Shown here: positions 13,027 through 25,143 of the stretch, in pieces
Layout: every line of letters starts with the position of its first letter
Position numbering within the stretch: position 1 is the stretch's first letter
Made by a program: the position numbers and the translations under genes
Notes under the pieces: model-generated
Database searches by the model: none
The model's input: only the letters and a program-made list of their open reading frames with translations
Told to the model about the DNA's origin: nothing
NCBI GenBank assembly: GCA_964016885.1
Contig: OZ024753.1
Span: 29,636,001-29,700,000 of the forward strand
Source of the DNA: Eledone cirrhosa
Taxonomy: Eukaryota
Length of the DNA stretch: 64,000 nucleotides
Direction: 5' to 3'

Positions 13027-13774
13027 CTTAGAAAAAAAAGAAGAAAAAAAGCGTTAAATGTTCATGGCTGTGCCCAAACATATCAGCAGTTAAAAGAATG
13101 AAACCAGTGAAAGATTAAAATAATATAACTGCAATGAAAGAATTTATAGAAGAAACACAAGTTTTTTTTTTAACCCAGAAAGAATGGGATGGAGACAAGA
13201 GAGGTAGAAAAGAGCTGAGGAGTTAAATGAAAAGAAATGAAAAGAAAAGAAAAGAGATATAGAAACAGAAAAGGAATGAAAGGAGAAAATAAAAAGGGAT
13301 GTAAAAAAAGAAATGAAAACGAAAAGGATAAAGTAAATACATTTTAATCTAAATTTAATTCCAAAGAGAAGTGACTGAAACACCTTATACTCTGAAGGGA
13401 ATTTAGTCCCGAAATATTAGAACAAAAGAAAAACAGCAACAAAAAAAAAAAGATTACCAGGTAACTAACATTTTCCTTACCTTCATCTTACCATCCAATT
13501 TGCATTGTTTAGCCATATATCACTTTCCACAATATATTATATGGTGGATTGGCAGTATCGGTAGAGGGTCAGATGCCATGCTTTGCAAGCAAAAATCTAC
13601 GGCCCTTTATGATCTGAGTTCAAATCCTGCCGAGGTTAACTTTGCCTTTCATCCTTATGGGGTCGATAAAATAAAATACCAGTAATACACTGGGATAATT
13701 GCTGGCCTTGTGCCAAAAGTAGAAACAATTATATACAATGCTTCAATCAAACTACAACATTTTATTAAATACTT

Positions 13775-14020
13775 CTTCATCTTCTTCTTCTTTGCCCACT
13801 TATTCCTGAAAGGATCATGGTGGCAGAGTCCTCAAACACTTCTTCCAGCAAGTCCTGTCAGAAGCAACCATCTCCAACTGATCTGGCTGGATCCCCAAGT
13901 GAGACCAGCCAAGCTCATGGATGTCATCCAACCATCTTTCTCTGGGTCTCCTGCCGGTTGGTTTTGCCAGTAAAATATGCCCAGCAATTCTTTCCTGAAA
14001 CATTCCCATAGTATCGGAGC
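13775..14020 (-). mobile_element. RTE-like LINE C-terminal fragment (different family)
   Basis: ...ILLAKPTGRRPRERWLDDI...ASDRTCWK, typical RTE C-terminus, (GAA)n-like tail. Confidence 0.6.
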
Positions 14021-14409
14021 TGTGCCACTTAAATAGAAATCTCTATATTACATAACACCATATATTTCCTATACTGAACATGCCACAACAATTAAATACA
14101 AATTTCTATACAATATATTTACAATACTGAACACACAGACACACATACATTTCAATTTTACATCACGAGTTATTACCGTTTGTTATAGTAAATAAATAAA
14201 TATTTCATAAAAGAACGCTAAATATGCTAGATCTTCAAACTCTTCCCAATGCCTGATGACTAGGTCACAAATTTGATTGCTATTCCATGCATTCTTCACC
14301 ACCGTGCACAATCTGAGGAGATGGCCATAGCTGAATCTTGAATCCTAAGGTAGCACTTTTTGGTTCTGTGCATGAATATAAATAAATTATATATATATAT
14401 ATATATATA

Positions 14410-15150
14410 ATCCACAACTTGTTGTCACTCTACCCTCCAACCTTCCTCTCTCTAGATCTGAGCGTTCACTCATCTGTAGGGGGTCTGTGTTTCATACCCC
14501 ACACATCTTCCGACAACGAATTTGAGGCCCAAATCTTTTTCCTATATACCAGCAAACACTGCCGGGCTATATAGCCATTACATTGACAACTGTACCTGCC
14601 TAGTTACTCCTGTGCATACAGCTCGATACCTTCCTCTCCTTCTTTTGTTCCTTCCACGACACCCCCCTTGACTTCACCACCTTCATCTCCACTACTTCCA
14701 TCTCCCTCATCCCGTCTTGCCTTCTTTAAACCCACCAACTCCCACACTTACCTCGATTTCACCTTCTCCCACCCCATCCACACCAAACACTCCATTCCCT
14801 ATTCCTAATTCCTTCGTCTCCACCGTCTGTGCTGTGGAACCCATGACTCTGAGGCTCAGGCTCATTTCATGGCAAGACAATTCACCCGATGAGAATACCC
14901 AGCTGAGGATACCCTCACACACTTAGACACCATCACGAACAATGTATAGACCTTCCTTCCAATGTATATAGTGGTGCACACAAAAATTAAAAAAACACAC
15001 ACACACTCACATCTATCTACCTGCACTTTTCTGACGAAGGACTAAAGTCTGATATATTGAACTTTTTTTCTCACTTTCATCCAAAGCGTAAACTTAATAA
15101 CACTAATTGTTTTTGTATCTTTGTGTTTGTCATTTTTTTTATTTATATCT
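14410..15150 (+). mobile_element. Internally deleted Penelope-like element with decayed hammerhead
   Basis: LVVTLPSNLPLSRSERSLICRG..FIP resembles the PLE ORF N-terminus; CTGACGAAGGACTAAAGTCTGATA at 15031. Confidence 0.45.
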
Positions 15151-15251
15151 ATGCAGAACTCATCCTATGGACTGAATGCTCTAGTTACTACGTATTCTCT
15201 CTCTCTCTCACTCTCTCATATATTAAGAAAAAACCTTTTCCGAGCCGTACA

Positions 15252-15609
15252 ATATAATTGAATAAACAAGAGAGATGAACACTAATATAAACATACATGT
15301 GTTCGAATCGTAAGGACTAAAATTTGCTAGGGTGAAAAAATACTAACTACAGCAATATAGTTTGTTATCCTTAACTTTAAATATTAAATTAAGAAAAATT
15401 AAGAAAAATACCAGACCTATATTGGGCAAAAATGCCTGGTTACAACTAGACAGTGTTGGAAATTTTTCTTAATTTAATATTTAAAGTTAAGGATAACAAA
15501 CTATATTGCTGTAGTTAGTATTTTTTCACCCTAGCAAATTTTCGTCCTTACGATTCGAACACATGTATGTTTATATTAGTGTTCATCTCTCTTGTTTATT
15601 CAATTATAT
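15252..15609. repeat. Inverted repeat, about 150-bp arms, about 60-bp spacer
   Basis: 15252-15400 is the reverse complement of 15460-15609. Confidence 0.9.
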
Positions 15610-16749
15610 ATATATATATATAGGAAATGCAATTGGAGCCTTTAAGAAGATTTATTTACTGGTTTTATAGTTTAATGATTTTCAAAAGTTACGTGAGATG
15701 GAGAGATATGTGGCTGTGCTGTGATGTGTCTGACAGGTTGGGAAATTTCTTCGCATTTTATTCAAAAGTAGTGATTTAGATTGCTATCTGATTGGTTGTG
15801 GATGATCACCTGATTAAGTATAGAGTTTTTGTTGTAGTTTTTACACTGCAAATTGATGATCACGTGATTAGGAATAGGATTTTGTTGTAGTTCTGTCACC
15901 CAATATATATATACACACACATGTGCATGTGTATATATATACACACACATGTATATATGTGTGTATATATACATATATATATACACACATATATATATGT
16001 GTGTATATATATATACACACACACACATATATATATGTGTGTGTAGGTATGTATACACATATGTATTGATTTGACATTATATATATGATACATTATCCCA
16101 GCTGTGTTTTTTTCACTTTAATGATATTTGTATAAATCTTTTAGATTTTCTTATTGATAAATCTGGAAATAATACTGATGATGTCGCTCTCTGTTTTTGT
16201 TGTACAAATTAGGTTGAGTTTAACAGTGGATGTTTCCCTTTTAGTTTAACTTTTAAATTAAGTTTGTACTGTTTTGACAATTGGCAGTATCGGTAGAACA
16301 TCAGACATCATGCTTTGTAGCATAGAGTTATGCCTCTTTACATTCTGAGTTCAAATCCCACTGAAGTTAGCTTTGCCTTTCATTCTCACGGGGTTGATAA
16401 ATTAAGTACTGGAGTCTATTTAATCAACTTTCCCCTGTCTCCAAATTGCTGGCCTTATGCCTAAAGTAGAAACAATTTTATTATTATTTGTACTAGGGCA
16501 GTGGATTGGCAGAATCGGTAGAGCATCAGACAATATGCTTTGCAGTATTTAGTTACGGCCCTTCATGATCCGAGTTCAAATTCCACCGAGGTTAGCTTTG
16601 CCTTTCATCCTTGTGGAGTCGATAAAATAAAGTACCAGTAATACACTGAGGTTGATTTAATTGACTTTCCCAGCTCTCCAAATTGCTGGCCTTGTGCCTA
16701 AAGTAGAAATCATTATTATCCTTTATATAGTTTGACAAGGTTATTATTT

Positions 16750-17100
16750 GGCACGTAGTTACATTTATGCTCGTGTCTTGTGAACAGAAATGTCTATAAG
16801 CAAGTGTGTCTTTGAATATGATGTAGATGTTTCTAATATTACACATACGAACATGCATAACATCACTTTGTTCCTTTAATATAAAAGCTTGGCTTGTACA
16901 GGATGTTCCATTTAATCCTGTATGGTATCCCTTTATCATTCAGTTTCCATACTTCATTTGCTAGTGTCATAGCCTTTCTCATTTAGGGTGTTTGAATGTC
17001 ACAATATGTGAGTAGTACCTTTGATTCAACCGGTTTTCTATCATACCCACATAATTTGAATTCAATAAAATTTATAACCGCTGAACAGTTCTAAAAATAC
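16750..17100 (-). mobile_element. Second Penelope-like GIY-YIG remnant
   Basis: Minus strand reads NYVGMIENRLNQRYYSH..F.HP..TLANEVWKLNDKGIPYRIKWNIL..YIKGTK*CYAC; part duplicated at 17339-17415. Confidence 0.7.
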
Positions 17101-17479
17101 ATCTCTCTGTCTTTCTCTCTCTCTGTTTATATATATATATATACAGTATTACTAGGGATTTATTTCATTGACCCTGTAAGGATGAAAACAAAGCTAACCT
17201 CAGTGGGATTTGAACTTGGAATGTAAAGGGCCGTAACTCTATGCTACAAAAATAATGCCCGATGCTCTACCCAGACAATAATAATAATAATAAATATAGA
17301 AACGCGAACAGTGCAAGAAAATGGGAAAAGTGAACACCTCTTTGTTCCTTTAATATAAAAGCTTGGCTTGTACAGGATGTTCCATTTATTTCTGTATGGT
17401 CTCCATTTATGATTCAGTCAAAAATATTAATGTGGCCCTCAGGTGTGTTAGACTTACAATCATAACAGTCAATTAACTT

Positions 17480-18190
17480 ACTCAGATGGGCCACTATCAT
17501 TCCAATTTTATGGAAGAGGTCAGCTGTGCAGGGTCCAAGGATGCCTGAGGTCTCGATGGCACCTGTTGCAAAGAGGAAACGGGCGGGCATGCCCTGATAT
17601 AAAGTAGAAACAATTATTATTATTTGTACTGTTTAACAAGGTTATTATTATTTGGCCCATAGTTGCTTTTTTTGCCAGGTTCTTCCATCATTTTGAGGAC
17701 CTCGGTAATGAGGATGCGACTGGAGGAGATTGAGAAGAGGTAGGCCAGCAGTGCCAGATTGGAGGCTGAGGCCACCAAACTTCACGGGGAGCTTCACCTG
17801 TTGCCAGCCAGCACTGTCGAAACTAACATTGCAGATGAGTTCCGCAAACCACCAGATCGTGGCATGGAGTTCACCGAGGCAATCTGCAAGAGGGTGACAA
17901 GGCACCCTCAGAATTTAGAAAGGGCAAAGCAGTTCCTTAGGAATAAAGAGCACCGGGTGCACGTAAATGAGACACTTCTCCCTCATCCTCAGCAGGTCTG
18001 CATGCTACATCTCCAGGTATTCTCTAATGGCTTTCGAGAGAGAATTGGAGAACCTAGAATACAGACAGTGCCTTTGAATGTTAGCCAAGCTCCGGACAAG
18101 GTGGGAGGGATGCTGACTATGGTGTCATGGAATTTGGTTTCATGGTAGCTTACATTTATCACATCGGACTTGGAAGGGTTGATCTGTAGC
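17480..18190 (-). mobile_element. CRE-clade-like non-LTR retrotransposon remnant (internally deleted)
   Basis: LQINPSKS..ILGSPI..LFLRNCFAL..WQQVKLPVKFGGLSLQS and C-terminal FLFATGAIETSGILGP..LFHKIG. Confidence 0.65.
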
Positions 18191-18502
18191 AATTTAACGA
18201 AATATACAATCTTTTAGGTAACAAAAAATATATGAATAAAAAGACTTTTTTATGCTCTCTGATACCTCACAAAGGCTATATATTGCCATATAGACGACAT
18301 TACAATAACTGTAATGTCCTCAAGATGGCTGCTAGCTAGGTTCTGCGAGAGAAATTATCCAGATGGTGTTTAAAATCTTCAATAAAGACGATTGTAGCAA
18401 TGCAGATTCTTTTGACTACGGTCCTCACACATCATTTATGTTTTCTCTCAATTAGCAGCTGCTGAGAGCATTGTCAGATATTGTACTGTATACACGCACA
18501 GA

Positions 18503-18517
18503 TATATATATATATAT

Positions 18518-18550
<33 letters not shown>

Positions 18551-18684
18551 ATATATATATATATATATAATATATATATATATATTATATATATATATAT
18601 AATATATATATATATAATATATATATATATATAATATATATATATATATAATATATATATAATATATATATATAATATATATAT

Positions 18685-18717
<33 letters not shown>

Positions 18718-19081
18718 ATATATATATATATATATAATATATATATATATATTATATATATATATATAATATATATATATATAATATATATATATATATA
18801 ATATATATATATATAATATATATATATAATATATAATATATATATATAATATATAATATATATATATATAATATATATATATATATAATATATATATAAT
18901 ATTTAATATATATATATATATAATATATATATATAAAATATATATATATAATATATATATATATATAATATATATATATATAATATATATATATATAATA
19001 TATATATATATGTATAATATATATATATGTATAATATATATATATATAATATATATATATGTATAATATATATATATATAT

Positions 19082-19135
<54 letters not shown>

Positions 19136-19143
19136 TATAATAT
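18503..19143. repeat. Interrupted (TA)n tract (representative; others at 11474-11612, 19670-19873, 24085-25140, 36366-37072, 42700-43065, 45415-45871, 49787-50040)
   Basis: Direct inspection. Confidence 0.95.
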
Positions 19144-19144
19144 A

Positions 19145-19670
19145 CTAGCAGTAAAGCCCGGCGTTGCTCGGGGTCGCTCAGTAGCTGTGTTAAAGTTACA
19201 ATGTTAAGTTTCTTATTTGGCTTAAAAACTGTAGTGTCTACTGTGCAGACTTGCATGTGGTGTTTTTGATTAATATTCCCTCAACCAACAATATGCCTTA
19301 TGAAGTTAAGAAAACATAACGATAACCCGAATGTTATAACAAAAGAGGATGCTGGGGATAAAAACTGCACTGGTTATTTATTAACAAAGATCGAAAATGT
19401 AAACACTGCAACGCAGAGAAAAACAACGTAAGACGCTCAATGTAAACAGAACAAAGGGAAATAACTCGTCACTTACGCTCAAAAATCGATACATTAGATT
19501 CGATTTCGTCACATAGGGTGGGTCAATTTGAAATATTTTTTTCCGATGTCTTCGCTAGGGCTCAATGTACAAGTATAGCAATTTCGGTGCAATTCCGTGA
19601 GAGATTCTAAGAGGAGATGTGTGCCAAAAATCGATAGACAGACAGACAACCACAGTTTTATATATATAGA
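19145..19670 (-). mobile_element. Non-autonomous Helitron-like element
   Basis: Minus strand starts TCTATATATATAAAA, has (CTGT)n, ends with a GC hairpin (CCCGAGCAACGCCGGG) then CTAG; A|T insertion site. Confidence 0.7.
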
Positions 19671-19834
19671 TAATATATATATAATATATATATATATATA
19701 ATATATATATATATTAACATAATATATATATATAATATATATAATATATATATATATAATATATATAATATATATATATATAATATATATAATATATATA
19801 ATATATATATATAATATATATATAAATAACATAT

Positions 19835-19875
<41 letters not shown>

Positions 19876-19877
<2 letters not shown>

Positions 19878-20265
19878 ATAATAATAAAATTGAAGACTAA
19901 AATCCAAAGAGGGCTCGATAAGGAAAATATATATCAAACATATAAGAACCGTAGAGCAAATATTTATTAAAATAACAGATTAAAGTTTAAGCAAAGAATC
20001 GCTGCTTTCACCCTTAACGGGATCTTCTGAAACTAACAAAGTCAATCTGTAAACGCAGAACTGGATATTTCAAAAAACGTTGCAACCGGAGGAAGACAGG
20101 AAGACGATACTTTGGTTCGTGGTAACGTTCGCTGGCAAAAAACGGGAAAAAACGAATAATACGTCATTAATAGGAGCGGTGAAAAACAATCAACGCAACC
20201 TTTCAGAAGATCCCGTTAAGGGTGAAAGCAGCGATTCTTTGTTTAAACTTTAATCTGTTATTTTA

Positions 20266-20272
<7 letters not shown>
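19876..20272 (-). mobile_element. Non-coding Penelope terminal fragment with inverted partial duplication
   Basis: 19961-20195 is the reverse complement of about 44395-44632; 20201-20272 repeats the hammerhead end in the opposite orientation; flanked by (TA)n. Confidence 0.8.
19975..20050 (-). ncRNA. Hammerhead-like fold (CAGAAGA family), second complete copy
   Basis: Reverse complement of 44543-44618. Confidence 0.6.
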
Positions 20273-20324
<52 letters not shown>

Positions 20325-20330
20325 CATACA

Positions 20331-20426
<96 letters not shown>

Positions 20427-20970
20427 TGAAGGCGTGTAGCAGAGTGGTTAGAGAATTGGATTCACACTCTTGAGGTTGTGAGTTCGATTCCTGGACTGGG
20501 CAATGCGTTATGTCCTTGAGCAAGACACTTTATTTCACGTTGCTCCTTCTACCTGGAGTTGCGACCGATAGATAGTACTAGCAACTGGAAAGACCAACGG
20601 AAACATTGTTTCCTCGGTCCGATTTGACGAAAGTCAATCGACCCTTAAGATATATATATATATAATATATATATATATATGATATATATATATAATATAT
20701 ATATAATATATATATATAATATATATGATATATATATATAATATATATATAATATATATATATATATAATATACATATAATATATATATATATAATATAT
20801 AATATATATAATATATAATATATATATAATATATATATATATAATATATATATATATAATATATATATATATAATATATATATAATATATATATATATAT
20901 CGTCTAACCCATGCTAGCATGGAAGATGGACGTTAAACAATGATGATGATGATATATACAATATATATAT

Positions 20971-23198
20971 ATCATCATCATCATCATCATCATCATCAAC
21001 GTTTAACGTCCGTGTTCCACGCTTGCATGGGTTTGGACGGGGGTAGTCCCACTTGAGGCAAGAGTGATTGTCTTGCTCGCATAGGACTGTCTGGCGGGTT
21101 TTCTACAGTTGGATGCCCTTCCTAACACCAACCACATTTACAGTGTGGGTCTGGGAGGTTTTTACCGTGTTGCCTACACGGCCACATTACAGCGTGGACT
21201 GTGTGTTTTTTTTGTCGTGACACCTACACAATCTCATTTGTTTCGGCCTGGATGGCGCGGCACCAACATAACTTTACATAGAACGGGGTGGTGTGGATGG
21301 GGTGGGGGTGGTGGTGGTGGGACGGGGTGTATTTTGTTAGAGATGCCTACTGGCTGGAGTAGGTTTTACTATATATTTAGGTAAGGCGGGTCTTCTCTGT
21401 TACTGAGTACCGCCAAAGGTCTCGGTCCAGTGACATTGTCTTGGAGAGGTGTAAGTGTGTGATGTCGGAGTTTATCAGCTCGTCCCAGGTTTTTCTAGGT
21501 CTGCCTATTCCGTGACTACCGTCTATCTTTATTGCCCTGCACTTTGTTATACAGCTATCGACTTTCATGCGCATCACGTGTCCATACCAACGTAGCCTTC
21601 TCTCGAGTAAACAACATCTGATCCCTCTTATCTCTAATTTTTTCCTTAGTTCGTTTATGCTTTGCCGTTCACGTATATTACTGTTACACATCCAGCGGAG
21701 CATGCAAGCTTCGTTCCTCTCTAGTCTGCGTATATCCTCTGCACACAATGCCCAGGTCTCACTGCCATGCAGCATTGCTGTTCGTATGCAGGCATCGTAC
21801 AACCTGCCTTTCATTTTTAGGGAGAACCCTTTAGCAGCTAATAGTGGTATAAGCTCTCTGAACTTTTTCCAACCAGTTCTGACTCTAGCTACAGTACTTT
21901 CAGAGCACCCTCCCCCACTGCTGATTTTATCGCCCAGGTAACGGAAGCTGTCCACTATTTCTATAGAACCCTCTGCGCAATTGAAAGAGCTAGTATTTTG
22001 TGGGCACTTGCTGCTACTTATTGCACCAGAACACCGGCCACATGTAAAATCTATGTTCTTAGTTAGCTTACCTGTGATCCCACTACATCTTTTATGTACC
22101 CATACTTTGCATTTAGGACATAAAATGGAGTTTCTACCTACGCCTTTCCTACACACCGAGCACGACCATTTCCCAGAAGGGACCGCCGCCTTGTTTTCTT
22201 TCCTACAAACTAGAACTTTGGTCTTAGCCAGGTTAATTTTAAGTCCTTTTGACTCTAGGCCGTGCTTCCATGTTTGGAATTTCTTCTCTAGCTCGGCCAT
22301 TGATTCCGCTATGAGTGTCAGGTCGTCTGCGTATAGGAGTTCCCATGGGCAGCCTGTCTTGAACTCCTCTGTTATAGCCTGAAGGGCAATAATAAATAGT
22401 AGGGGGCTGAGAACAGAGCCCTGATGGACGCCAACTTTTACGCTAAACTCTTCACTATATTCGTTGTTAATTCTAACCTTGCTGACTGTTTCTTTATACA
22501 TGGCTTGTATAGCCCTCACAAGCCATTCGTCAACGCCTAGTTTTCTAAGAGCCCACCAGATAATGGAGCGGGGGACTCTGTCGAAGGCTTTCTCCAAGTC
22601 GACAAAAGCTAAGTAGAGGGGTTTACCTTTAGCTAGGTACTTCTCCTGTAGTTGTTGTACTATGAAAAGAGCGTCTGTGGTACTTTTGCCTGACACAAAC
22701 CCGAACTGCATTTCATCTAGGTCAATTCTCTCTCTGATTAGTTGCGCTATTACTTTTTCCGTGACCTTCATGAACTGGTCGATTAATTTAATGCCTCTAT
22801 AGTTACTCCTATCTAGGGCGTCTCCTTTACCCTTATAACAGTTAACGATGATGCTGCTATGCCAGTCCTTCGGAACAACCCCATTCTGTACGACTTGGTT
22901 AACTATGCGGGTGACCATGGTGTGTCCCACCGTGCCAGATGCCTTCAGCATCTCAGCAACTATTTCCGAAGGCCCAGCCGCCTTACCCGTCTTCATATCC
23001 TTGATTGCCTTACTTATTATACTCCCCTCGACTAACACTGCTGGTCCCTCTATTGGGTCGATATGGGGGAGACTGTCTTTCTCCCATTTATTCTCCTCAT
23101 TTAGTAGCCTTTCATAGTGACACTTCCAAGCTACCTTCTTATCAGCGTCGGTGATGGCAAGTGTGCCATCGTCGTTTAGTACACACTTCTCCCCGACA
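20971..23198 (-). mobile_element. RTE-clade LINE family A, 5'-truncated (RT + PHD-type finger, 3' UTR, (ATG)n tail)
   Basis: Open RT frame about 23198-21377 (FVDLEKAFD, GVHQGSVLSP, YADD, YLG); about 400-bp 3' UTR ending in a (CAT)n run at 20971-20997. Confidence 0.92.
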
Positions 23199-23570
23199 AT
23201 ATATAATAAAAGGTAGAAACAATTATATAAACTCAAGAGCATTAGCAGATGTACTTTAACACACACACATATATATATATGTATATATATATATATTATA
23301 TATATATAATATATATATTATATATATATATATATTATATATATAAACGGAAAAAATAAAACAAAATTTCATTTCCCACTCTCAGTACGGCTGTTACTTA
23401 AATATAAGTATGTACACGTACATACATATATGTATACAGACGTACAGTAGTATGTATATATATATATATATGTACGTATGGATTCACCGAACATTTATTA
23501 TAATGCTCGGTGTGTTTGTAAACAAACATCCCGTATTAAGCCGTAGTGTCCAGCAACCATCGATGCTCGT

Positions 23571-23660
23571 TCGTTCAACACTGACAAAGGAAGGCTGTAC
23601 TAGTTTCAAGTTTATTAGCTATCGTCAGCAACGTATACCTTCCTGCCAGATTGTTGAACG
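23571..23660 (-). ncRNA. Type I hammerhead ribozyme motif with long bulged stem I
   Basis: GUUG-CUGACGA-UAGCUAAUAAACUU-GAAA-CUAG-UA-CAGC; stem I extends AGGAAG/CUUCCU and CGUUCAACA/UGUUGAACG. Confidence 0.7.
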
Positions 23661-23859
23661 TATATACTTACCTTATGCATATTAACGGCTGAGTAGCCCA
23701 ATTTGCATATCGAGTGGGTTAATCGGCCGGGTACACCGAAAACGATAAACGGAAAATGTGAAACGAAATTTCATTTCCCACTCTTAGTACATACTTATAT
23801 TATATATATATATATTATATATATATATATTATATATATATATTATATATATATATTAT

Positions 23860-24085
23860 ATATTTATTAAAATAACAGATTAAAGTTTAAGCAAAGAATT
23901 GCTGCTTTCACCCTTAACTCGATCTTCAGAAGATCCAGTTAAGGGTGAAAGCAGCGATTCTTTGCATAAACTTTAATCTGTTATTTTAATAAATATTTGC
24001 TCTACGGTTCTTATATATTTGATATATATTTATCCTTATTGAGCCCTCTTTGGATTTTAGTCTTCAAATTTATTATTATTACTAT
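23860..24085 (+). mobile_element. Penelope terminal fragment folded back at the hammerhead core
   Basis: Palindrome centred on GATCTTC-A-GAAGATC (about 23928); same family as 19876-20272. Confidence 0.8.
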
Positions 24086-24274
24086 ATATTATACATATAT
24101 ATATTATATATATATATATATATTATATATAAATATATATTATATATATATTATATATATATTATATTATATATATATTATATATATATAAATATATTAT
24201 ATATATATTATATATATATATATATTATATATATATATATATTATATATATATATATATATTATATATATATAT

Positions 24275-24306
<32 letters not shown>

Positions 24307-24485
24307 ATATATTATATATATATTATAAATATATATATATGTATATTATATATATATATTATATATTATATATATATATTAAATATTTAAAGAGCTCAGG
24401 ATTTCTTGTCCTTTGAGCACATTTTTTACAGGGAATGGCGAGGGCCTATGGCTCCGTTAATTTATCGTGATATATATTATATATA

Positions 24486-24518
<33 letters not shown>

Positions 24519-24588
24519 TATATATATGTTTTATATATATATTTTATATATATATATATTATATATATATCTATATATATATATTATG

Positions 24589-24620
<32 letters not shown>

Positions 24621-24764
24621 ATATTATTATATAATATATATATATATTATATCTATATATATATATTATGTATATATATATATTATATATATATCTATAT
24701 ATATATATTATGTATATATATATATATATATTATATATATATCTATATATATATATGATGTATA

Positions 24765-24848
<84 letters not shown>

Positions 24849-24893
24849 CTATATATATATTATATATATATCTATATATATATATGATGTATA

Positions 24894-24975
<82 letters not shown>

Positions 24976-25033
24976 CTATATATATTATATATATATCTAT
25001 ATATATATATTATGTATGTATATATATATATAC

Positions 25034-25135
<102 letters not shown>

Positions 25136-25143
25136 GTATATAT

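Noticed and set aside
14170-14370. Candidate upstream PEBP exon on the minus strand
   Set aside because: Frames after the CAG acceptor hit stops, with no PEBP-like residues or suitable phase-0 donor.
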